From positions 7,806 to 31,805 of the forward strand of contig NZ_JAHCVK010000010.1 of assembly GCF_018476905.1 (NCBI RefSeq): DNA of 24,000 bases. The letters are read 5' to 3'. Below, piece by piece: positions 1-7,119 of the stretch. Below the pieces are notes generated by a model. It was not told where the DNA came from. It searched no databases and saw nothing but the letters and a program-made list of their open reading frames with translations. Numbering within the stretch: the first letter of the stretch is position 1; the number at the start of each line of letters is the position of its first letter. This DNA is from Geomobilimonas luticola. GTDB lineage: Bacteria; Desulfobacterota; Desulfuromonadia; Geobacterales; Geobacteraceae. Position numbers and translations under genes: made by a program.

Positions 1-87
1 CTGCTCAGCCTTCCCATGCTGCTTGCCGGGGGAGGGATGGTCTGGTGGACGGTCCGTCGGGGGTGAAAGCGGATTGGTCAGGAACGC

Positions 88-513
88 TTACTGCAGGCGT
101 TTCGACATCTCCAGCACATTCCCTCCGTCAATCTTCCGGTACCGGACAGAATCCATGATCGACTTTATGATGAAGACACCACGTCCCCGGTCTTCCAGTT
201 TTTCGAAATCGGGTGGCGGTATGGAGTTGATGTCGAAGCCCTGGCCATTGTCGTAGACCCGTATGGTCAGCTCGCTGTCAGCAATGGTGATCATGATGTG
301 CACCATTTTGTCCGGGTCTTCGGCATTTGCATACTTGATGGCATTTACCATCGCCTCGGTAAGGACGAGGTTTATGTGGTAGGCAAGGGTTTCCCTGTCT
401 CCGCCAAACTTGTCCAGTTCCTTGGCGATGTCCTCGCCAATCCTGCCGATAAGGCTCAGGTACCGCGTCTGGTTCGGTACCTTGATGTCTACCTCGATCG
501 CCCGCTTCTCCAT
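88..513 (-). CDS. Anti-sigma-factor-type serine protein kinase (RsbW/SpoIIAB-like, GHKL ATPase)
   Basis: 141-aa ORF with ATG at 513. GHKL motifs present: N-box 'EAMVNAIKYA', G1 'YDNGQGF', G2-like 'GRGVFIIKS'. Lies 14 nt downstream of a STAS gene on the same strand, with GAGG before the ATG. Confidence 0.85.
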   Translation of the reverse strand: MEKRAIEVDIKVPNQTRYLSLIGRIGEDIAKELDKFGGDRETLAYHINLVLTEAMVNAIKYANAEDPDKMVHIMITIADSELTIRVYDNGQGFDINSIPPPDFEKLEDRGRGVFIIKSIMDSVRYRKIDGGNVLEMSKRLQ

Positions 514-527
514 TGCGACCTCGCTTG

Positions 528-863
528 TCAGAAATTTTCCAGCGCTTCCGCGGTGGAAGGAAATATTTCGAATACCCGGTGCAGTCTGGTCAGCTCGAAC
601 ATGGATTTAACCTGGGTCTGCAAGGTGGCGAGCTTGAGATTCCCTTGATGGGAAATGGCGTTCTTGAAGCCGGAAACCAGGGCGCCCAGACCGGAACTGT
701 CGATGAACCGCACATCGTGCAGGTCGACGAGGATGTTTTTCTTCCCCTCTTCAAAGAGCCTTTGCATTTCGCTCTTCAGGTCTCCCGAATTGTGGGCGTC
801 CAGCCGTTCTTCCTTGACGTAGATGACAATGACTTCGTTTCTCGTTTCGATGTTCAGATTCAT
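528..863 (-). CDS. STAS-domain anti-sigma-factor antagonist (RsbV/SpoIIAA-like)
   Basis: 111-aa ORF. Carries the canonical phosphorylatable-serine motif 'FIDSSGLGALV'. Size and position (between a PP2C phosphatase gene and an RsbW-like kinase gene) fit a partner-switching antagonist. Confidence 0.9.
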   Translation of the reverse strand: MNLNIETRNEVIVIYVKEERLDAHNSGDLKSEMQRLFEEGKKNILVDLHDVRFIDSSGLGALVSGFKNAISHQGNLKLATLQTQVKSMFELTRLHRVFEIFPSTAEALENF

Positions 864-924
864 GATGTGCTCCCTGTTGGCCCATGACTTCAGATGCCCG
901 GATTGAATTTCTCATTGAAATCTG

Positions 925-953
925 ATTCTAACCCATAAAGCTGGTTTTCTCGA
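925..953 (-). promoter_or_regulatory. Possible sigma70-type internal promoter upstream of the STAS gene
   Basis: On the minus strand: TCGAGA - 17 nt - TAGAAT, inside the 124-nt gap between the phosphatase stop (988) and the STAS start (863). The -35 element is weak. Confidence 0.25.
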
Positions 954-987
954 CTTTTATTTGAAGGTTTGGCCCATTTTGCCGGAA

Positions 988-3900
988 TCAAAGCACCTTG
1001 ACGACGACGATAGATATGTCGTCCTGCAGCGTGGTGCTTTTGGCGTACCGCGCAACATCCCGCAAGACCCCTTCCAGGATCTTTTCCGCGGTTTCCCCCT
1101 CCATTTTACCGAGAAGATCGCACAGCCTCCCCATGCCATACAGCTCTCCGGCCTCGTTCTGGGCCTCGGTAATACCATCGGTATACATGAGGAGGATGTC
1201 GCCCGGCGAAAGCTGGACTTCCTTTTCCTCGAAGTCAACCACCCTGCGGATGCCGAGGATGAGCCCTTCAGCATCCAGTTCCAGGCAGGAGGGGCTGTTC
1301 CGGCGAAACAGAAGCGGTTGGTTATGTCCCGCATTGGCATAGGTAAGGCGACGGGTAGCGGTTTCGAATGTCACATAAAACATGGTGATGAAAAGTTCCG
1401 CACGACTCAGATCGTCGTGGAGCAGGTCATTCAGGGCAGTGAGGATTTCGCCGGGGCTGTTCTTGGACCGCACCTCGGCACGGAGGACCGTACGGGTCTC
1501 CGCCATGATGAGGGCTGCTCCTACGCTATGGCCGGAAACGTCGGCAATGACGATATCGACTGACGCGTTTTTCGGGAAGAAGTCGTAGTAGTCACCCCCC
1601 ACATGGGCGGCAGGGATACAGCGGCAGGCAAACTGCATGCCTGCAATTTCGGGAGGATTGTCGGGGAGGAGCGACAACTGGATCTGCTTGGCAATCTCCA
1701 TGTCGCGAAGCACCCGGGCGTTTTCCAGTTGTGCCAGTTCTTTTTCCAGCCGTTCCTTGTCCTTTGCCCGGATTTCCGCGTCGATCCTGATGGCCTGGGC
1801 CAGTTGCCCGGCGAGACTGGTGAGGAGCTTGAGAAAGGGTGGCGTGAACTGTCCCACGATGGAACGGGAGAATACGGAAAGAACCCCGAGAGGCGCTTCT
1901 CCCTCCCGGGCTATGGGGATATGGGCAAAGGACTTGATCCCATCGCGAGCCAGCAGTTCCCGGGATTCCGGTTTGGCGTTGTTTTCGGTATCGTTGAGAA
2001 AGCTTGGCCGGTTCCCCAGGAGGGCGTCACCGAGATAGGTGTTTATATCGGGCAAGGCACTCCGGTCGATGATAGCTGATATGTGCTCTCCCCGGTAACT
2101 CTTGACCACCAGCAGATTATGGTCGCTGATGAGCCGGATGATGACCAGGTCGAACTTGAACTCTTTCCGGACCAGATCCACCAGGTCATCCATGATTATC
2201 TGCAGGTCGAGGGTGCGGTTCATGATTTCAGATGCCCTCAGCCGGACGAAGAGGTTTTCGCTGCTCTCGTTGAGGTCTGCCCGGACCTTGCTATAGATGT
2301 CGTACACCGATTCCATCCTGGAGCCTATGTCTGAGAGGTAGCTCTCCACGATGGCTCCTGCGGCGGCGGCACCCACGGAACCGGCAAGGGTCTTTTCCAC
2401 GAACCGTTTGAGGTTGGGGAGCTCGAATTCCGACACTCCCCCTTTTTCATCTATTTCCCGGTCCCCCAGATATTCGCTGATGGCGGTGTGGGCCTGATGC
2501 TCACCGATGAATTTGGTCATCAGGTTGACGAACTGGATGATGGTGACCGGTTTGGAAAAGCGCTTGGCTTCCCAGGGGGCGTCCTGACGGTGAAGGGTGA
2601 AAACATCGACGAACTTGCGGACCTGCTCCTTCTCCCGATCATTCTGCGGCAGGATGATGGAGCAGGCCAGGTAACCGCCTATGTTCAGCAGCAGGCTCCA
2701 GAACAGGGCATTTGTCCAGATGTCGAAACCGCTCAGGCCGAACAGCTCGGTCGGCTTGAGGATGCCGATGCCGAAAGGCCCCTCATCCAGAATGCTGCTC
2801 TGCCACCAGCCGGACTTTACCAGCGAAGGGAGCAGCAGCGTGTAAAACCAGACAAGAAAGCCGAGAAAGATGCCGGTTATGGCTCCCGCCTTGTTTCCCC
2901 TCCGCCAGTAGAGTCCGCCGATAAGGGCCGGTGCGAACTGTATGACGGCGGCAAAGGAAATCAGTCCTATGTTGACCAGCATGTAGGTCTCGCCGACGAT
3001 CTGCTGGTAGATATAGCCAAGGAAGACCACAAGGAAGATCCCCAGGCGTTTGAGGTTTATGAGCATCATGGGAAACCAGGTTCTCGGCTTGAACCTGACC
3101 ACGATCGGCATCAGCAGATGGTTGAGAAACATGGTGGAGATCGCCACCGATTCGACCATGACCATGCCGGCAGCTGCCGAAAAGCCGCCGAGGAATGCCA
3201 TGAGTGCCAGCCACGAGTGGCCGCTTTTCAATGGCAGGGTGAGAACGAAGTAGTCGGCGCCAAGGATGTCGCCGGTATAGAGAATTCCCCCCAGTGCTAT
3301 GGGCATCACGAACATGTTGATGAGGAACATATAGGCGGGGAACATCCACATTGCCTTCTTGATATGTTCTTCACTGGAGTTTTCGATAACCATGATGTGA
3401 AACTGGCGGGGCAGGAGGATGATGGCTCCCATGGAGAGGCAGATCATGGAAAACCAGTTGGAGTAGGATGTCTCCCCCGTATCCCCGAAAGTTACCAGGT
3501 GTCCGAGCATCTCTTCTTTGGCCGCCATCCGGGAAAAGATATCGCCAAAACCGTCAAAAAGTCCGTAGGTGACGTAGATTCCGACGCAGATGAACGCCAC
3601 CAGTTTCAGTATGGACTCGGCAGCAATGGCGGCTACGAGGCCTTCGTGCCGTTCCGACGACACCAGGCGTCGGGCGCCGAAAATGACGCCGAAGATGCTG
3701 AAAAAGAGGGCGGCAAAGAAACTCGTGTGGATGGAGAACGGGTAGTTGCCGTGCATGAAGGGGAGCTGAATGTAGGGATAACCGCAGATTATGTCGAAGG
3801 TCGATGACACCGCCTTGAGCTGAAGGGCGATATAGGGCATGATGCCGACGATGGCGATGAAGGTGATCAGGGCGCCCAGCCACTGCGACTTTCCGTAGCG

Positions 3901-4227
3901 GGAACTGATGAAGTCGGCTATTGAGGTGATGTTGTTTTCTTTGCTGATCCTGACGATTTTGCGCAACAGAAACCACCAGGAAAAAGCGGTGAGCGTCGGT
4001 CCCAGATAGATGAGGCTGAAATCGAGGCCGGTGGTGGCAGCCCGTCCGACGCTACCGTAATAGGTCCAGGTGGTAAGATAGACAGCGATGGAGAGGACGT
4101 AGATATAGGGGTTGGAGATGATACTCCTCCCCAGCATTTTCCGCCTGTCTGCATAGTAGGCAATCGTGACGAGCAACAGCACATAGAGGAGTGCCGCTCC
4201 CACGACGAGTTCAATGCTGAGGATCAA
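988..4227 (-). CDS. Sodium:solute symporter (SLC5/SSF)-like membrane domain fused to GAF and PP2C/SpoIIE serine phosphatase (RsbU-like)
   Basis: 1079-aa ORF with a TTG start at 4227 that overlaps the upstream stop (TTGA); AGAGGGGAG lies upstream. Residues ~1-520 are polytopic and SSF-like. A helical linker follows, then a GAF-like segment (~655-810, '...GVLSVFSRS...LAGQLAQAIRIDAE'). The C-terminal SpoIIE/PP2C region has 'HVGGDYYDFF', 'IADVSGHSVGAALIMA', 'ANAGHNQPLL' and 'LLMYTDGITEA'. Confidence 0.9.
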   Translation of the reverse strand: MILSIELVVGAALLYVLLLVTIAYYADRRKMLGRSIISNPYIYVLSIAVYLTTWTYYGSVGRAATTGLDFSLIYLGPTLTAFSWWFLLRKIVRISKENNITSIADFISSRYGKSQWLGALITFIAIVGIMPYIALQLKAVSSTFDIICGYPYIQLPFMHGNYPFSIHTSFFAALFFSIFGVIFGARRLVSSERHEGLVAAIAAESILKLVAFICVGIYVTYGLFDGFGDIFSRMAAKEEMLGHLVTFGDTGETSYSNWFSMICLSMGAIILLPRQFHIMVIENSSEEHIKKAMWMFPAYMFLINMFVMPIALGGILYTGDILGADYFVLTLPLKSGHSWLALMAFLGGFSAAAGMVMVESVAISTMFLNHLLMPIVVRFKPRTWFPMMLINLKRLGIFLVVFLGYIYQQIVGETYMLVNIGLISFAAVIQFAPALIGGLYWRRGNKAGAITGIFLGFLVWFYTLLLPSLVKSGWWQSSILDEGPFGIGILKPTELFGLSGFDIWTNALFWSLLLNIGGYLACSIILPQNDREKEQVRKFVDVFTLHRQDAPWEAKRFSKPVTIIQFVNLMTKFIGEHQAHTAISEYLGDREIDEKGGVSEFELPNLKRFVEKTLAGSVGAAAAGAIVESYLSDIGSRMESVYDIYSKVRADLNESSENLFVRLRASEIMNRTLDLQIIMDDLVDLVRKEFKFDLVIIRLISDHNLLVVKSYRGEHISAIIDRSALPDINTYLGDALLGNRPSFLNDTENNAKPESRELLARDGIKSFAHIPIAREGEAPLGVLSVFSRSIVGQFTPPFLKLLTSLAGQLAQAIRIDAEIRAKDKERLEKELAQLENARVLRDMEIAKQIQLSLLPDNPPEIAGMQFACRCIPAAHVGGDYYDFFPKNASVDIVIADVSGHSVGAALIMAETRTVLRAEVRSKNSPGEILTALNDLLHDDLSRAELFITMFYVTFETATRRLTYANAGHNQPLLFRRNSPSCLELDAEGLILGIRRVVDFEEKEVQLSPGDILLMYTDGITEAQNEAGELYGMGRLCDLLGKMEGETAEKILEGVLRDVARYAKSTTLQDDISIVVVKVL

Positions 4228-4481
4228 TGGCGCTCCCCTCTGTCGTCCTCGTCTTCAGGCAATTCAATAGCTTTGGTGTAGAGGTAGATGACAAATATGG
4301 AGACCAGCCAGCCGATCTGCAGATAGATGAAGAGCAGGGGGATATGGTATGCCTGATACGGCTTGTTGAAGATGGAAATAAAGGGATGGTTCATCATGAT
4401 TATCCCGAGTATGAAGAAAATAACCCATGATTCCCGGAGCCGCAGGCGTTTCAGTATCAATAGTCTCAATTTGTGCCACAT
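4224..4481 (-). CDS. Small two-TM membrane protein, possible symporter small subunit (DUF4212-like)
   Basis: 85-aa ORF with two hydrophobic helices and an acidic C-terminus. Its ATG at 4481 directly abuts the upstream stop (4482-4484), and its stop overlaps the TTG start of the SSF-domain gene. The family assignment rests on size, topology and position only. Confidence 0.55.
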   Translation of the reverse strand: MWHKLRLLILKRLRLRESWVIFFILGIIMMNHPFISIFNKPYQAYHIPLLFIYLQIGWLVSIFVIYLYTKAIELPEDEDDRGERH

Positions 4482-6044
4482 TCAGAGTAACCCCATACCT
4501 TTGAGAACCCCGTCGACTGCATCGATGACGGGGTGAGTGCAGTCAGCGACGATGAGCATTCCTTCGTCCTTCCCCGGTGATTCGAATTCATCCCGTTGCC
4601 GATGAAACAGTTCCCATCTCCCGTCCGAAATTTCCCCTTCGTTTCCAGCCCGTGCGTCGAGCCGCATCCGGATTGTCCTTTCGGGGCATTCGGTCCTGAG
4701 CATAACGAAGGGGACCTTGTACTGTTCTGCAAGTGCACGGAACGACGAGCGGTCGCTCTTTCTGCTGAAGGTGGCGTCGATGATGACGCTCCGGCCGTTC
4801 CGAAGGGACTCTTCGCCTCTGGTCAGCAATGCTGCATAGGTCGCTTCGTTGAACGACTGATTGTATATCCCCGCGCCGTAATCGTCTTTCTGGTGTTCCT
4901 GGGGTGGGATGGCGGCAATTTCCTTGCGGACCGCATCCGAACTGGCCGTTTCCACCCCCAGTTCAAAGGCGAACTCCCTGGCCAGGGTGCTTTTCCCGCT
5001 TCCCATCAGGCCACAGGTGATGAACAGGGTTGGAGACAGCTTCTGGCGGAGAATGTATCCCCTGGCCAGCCGGAAATAGCGGATCGCCTTTTTCCGTGCC
5101 TCCTGTTTTGCTGCGGTCGTGATCTGCTGGTCCAGAAGCCTGAAGCTCTCCACCTTCCCTCTGACGAAGGCGCGGTATACCTTGTAGAAGTCCAGTACCC
5201 GCATGGCGCCCTGGTCTCCGGTTGCGCCGGTGTACGCCTCCAGAAAGATGTCGGCGAGGGAGCGCCTCCCGTGGAAGTCCAGTTCCATCAGGAGGAAGGC
5301 GATATCCGCCGCGGTGTCGCCGTAACGAAAGCGGCTGTTGAATTCGATGCAGTCGAAGATGCAGACCTTGTCGGTCAGGCAGATGTTTTCCGGATGGATA
5401 TCGCCGTCACCGTCCCTGATGAATCCTCCTGCGATCCTGTCGGCAAAAAGCTCTCCCTTCTCGATGAGAAACCTGTTAACCCATTCTCTTATCACCAGCA
5501 GGTCCTGTTTAGCCAGTGAAATAGTGATGAATTCCTCTGCCTGATGGAAATTTTCCTCCCAGTTGCGCCTTATCGCCTCGATGCTGCCGAAAGCGTCAAT
5601 CTCTTCACCTCTTTCGGCGTTTTGATGAAATGCGGCAATGGTGAGAGCGATCCTGCGCATATCATCGGCACCGACCTTGTCTTCTCTCAGGAGCCGGTCC
5701 AGCATCCGTTCCGCAGGGAGTCGCTTCATTTTAACCGCGTAGTCTATGATTTTCCCTTCACCGTCGAATGTCGCTCCCTCCGCCGACTCGCGAACCTCCA
5801 CCACTCCCAGGTAGATGTCCGGGCAGAGGCGGCGGTTGAGACGAACCTCCTCGTCACAGTAAAAGCGGCGGCGGTCCAGGGTGGTAAAGTCCAGAAAGCC
5901 GAAATCGACCGGTTTCTTTACCTTGTAGACATGGGTGTCGGTTATGAAGAGAAATGAAACATGGGTCTGGAGTAGCTGAACGGTATGTGTCGGTTCAGGA
6001 TACGCCGAGGTCTTCAGTAGTGCACTGATAACCCATGGTTCCAT
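4482..6044 (-). CDS. Bifunctional aminoglycoside-phosphotransferase-like kinase / P-loop (AAA_33-type) kinase fusion protein
   Basis: 520-aa ORF with AAGGAAG RBS before the ATG at 6044. The N-terminal half has an APH/choline-kinase-type catalytic loop 'DGDIHPENICL' and 'FDCIEF...GDTAADIAFLLMEL'. The C-terminal part has Walker A 'GLMGSGKST'. Confidence 0.8.
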   Translation of the reverse strand: MEPWVISALLKTSAYPEPTHTVQLLQTHVSFLFITDTHVYKVKKPVDFGFLDFTTLDRRRFYCDEEVRLNRRLCPDIYLGVVEVRESAEGATFDGEGKIIDYAVKMKRLPAERMLDRLLREDKVGADDMRRIALTIAAFHQNAERGEEIDAFGSIEAIRRNWEENFHQAEEFITISLAKQDLLVIREWVNRFLIEKGELFADRIAGGFIRDGDGDIHPENICLTDKVCIFDCIEFNSRFRYGDTAADIAFLLMELDFHGRRSLADIFLEAYTGATGDQGAMRVLDFYKVYRAFVRGKVESFRLLDQQITTAAKQEARKKAIRYFRLARGYILRQKLSPTLFITCGLMGSGKSTLAREFAFELGVETASSDAVRKEIAAIPPQEHQKDDYGAGIYNQSFNEATYAALLTRGEESLRNGRSVIIDATFSRKSDRSSFRALAEQYKVPFVMLRTECPERTIRMRLDARAGNEGEISDGRWELFHRQRDEFESPGKDEGMLIVADCTHPVIDAVDGVLKGMGLL

Positions 6045-6357
6045 GTGGACTTCCTTAACTTCATGATTTTACGTTAAAATGTATCACAAGAGACTGCGTG
6101 CGCAAGAAGCAACTAAATTGCACCTGATTTGTTTGACGGGTGTAGCGAAGTATGCTAGTTTTTTAAGGTATTGCGAGCAAGCCTGTTTCACTGGTGAAAG
6201 TGCCCTTCAACCTGTCTATTGCATCCCGCCTGATTGTTCTTGCCCCCCGTATCCGGGTTGGCATGACTGATAAGGATACTGCCTTGCAGTCTACTGCCGG
6301 GGGGAAATTGCGACATAGAAAAACGTAATAATTTCATTGCTTCAAAAGGAATTTATT

Positions 6358-7038
6358 ATGTTTAAAAGTTTCGCCGCAAGAACCATCGGGACGATGGCAT
6401 TGACCATTGCCGGAATTATTGTTGTCGGCACGGTTCTTTTCTACTCGGTCATCAAGACCGATGTGATAAACGAGACGATACACTATGCCACCAGGTTGGC
6501 TGACACTATCATAAAGTCCACCCGATATGCCATGCTCACGTCGGACAGGGTCACCCTGGGCAAGATAATCGACAATATCGGCGAGCAGGAAGGGGTGGAG
6601 CATGTGCAGATATTCAATAAAAAGGGGTTGGTCATGTTTTCTTCCCACCACGAAGAGATCAACCGCTTTGTGGACAAGAAGGCGGCTGGCTGCATAGGAT
6701 GTCATGCCGGACCGATTGCCGCCACCATGATGGGGCGCATGGAGCAGGCCAGACGGTATGTGAATGCGCAGGGGAAAAATGTTCTTGCCATAACGGCGCC
6801 GATCTACAATGAGCCGGACTGCTCCAGCGCTCTCTGCCATGTCCATCCCGCCGAACAGAAAGTTCTCGGTACACTGGATATCGGTCTCTTCGAGGAGCCG
6901 TTGCAAAAGGGACTGGTGGTCATGCGGGGAAGGTTAATGGCCTTTAGCGCCATTCTCCTGGTTGTGGCTTGTGCTGCAGTTGTTTTAGTACTCAAACCCC
7001 TCCTGTCGGATCAGACGAGGGATTCCCGGCCCTTGTGA
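6358..7038 (+). CDS. Stand-alone TM-flanked periplasmic sensor domain with c-type heme motifs (resembles the N-terminus of a HAMP histidine kinase; possible gene remnant)
   Basis: ATG at 6358 with AGGA 7 nt upstream (the ORF-track TTG at 6337 is less likely). TM1 is 'MALTIAGIIVVGTVLFY'. The periplasmic region contains 'CIGCH' (CxxCH) and 'CSSALCH' (Cx4CH). TM2 is 'MAFSAILLVVACAAVVLVL'. The ORF stops 14 residues after TM2, with no HAMP, HisKA or HATPase domain in any frame downstream. Confidence 0.7.
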   Translation: MFKSFAARTIGTMALTIAGIIVVGTVLFYSVIKTDVINETIHYATRLADTIIKSTRYAMLTSDRVTLGKIIDNIGEQEGVEHVQIFNKKGLVMFSSHHEEINRFVDKKAAGCIGCHAGPIAATMMGRMEQARRYVNAQGKNVLAITAPIYNEPDCSSALCHVHPAEQKVLGTLDIGLFEEPLQKGLVVMRGRLMAFSAILLVVACAAVVLVLKPLLSDQTRDSRPL

Positions 7039-7119
7039 AGGAGACCGGGCCTGGCGTTTCAACCACGGTTCTTGCGACCCGTTACATACGAAGCTGCTGT
7101 TATCTTGTCAGGACGTCAC

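Noticed and set aside
1-87. Possible start of another minus-strand gene (ATG at 17-15) downstream of the RsbW-like kinase.
   Set aside because: Only five complete codons lie inside the window, which is too little to support a call. It would be worth inspecting beyond the window for the partner-switching output.
2488-3807. Long antisense ORFs opposite well-supported genes. Examples: 2488-3807 (+), 7132-7878 (-), 8748-10406 (-, 552 aa), 10331-11419 (-), 13201-13842 (-), 17131-17937 (+), 19554-20342 (+), 21093-21800 (+).
   Set aside because: Their products are low-complexity and rich in Arg/Gly/Pro/His/Asp with no recognisable motifs. Each lies opposite a gene with clear family motifs. These are typical shadow ORFs of GC-rich DNA.
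6079-6270. 63-aa Cys-rich small ORF in the divergent intergenic region (CEQAC, CIPPDCSC).
   Set aside because: It has no SD upstream of the ATG, its codon usage is AT-rich and atypical for this genome, and it overlaps probable promoter and leader sequence. It is most likely spurious, and conservation cannot be checked here.
6259-6285. Sigma54-like TGGCAT element upstream of the heme-sensor gene.
   Set aside because: There is no TTGC -12 element at the required spacing (the sequence 5 nt downstream is ATAA). The nearest TTGCA is too far away.
6164-6357. GEMM-I (c-di-GMP/cGAMP) riboswitch, which is common in Geobacter leaders.
   Set aside because: I found none of the conserved GEMM-I elements as I remember them (GGCAAACC / ACGCAAAGC-type).
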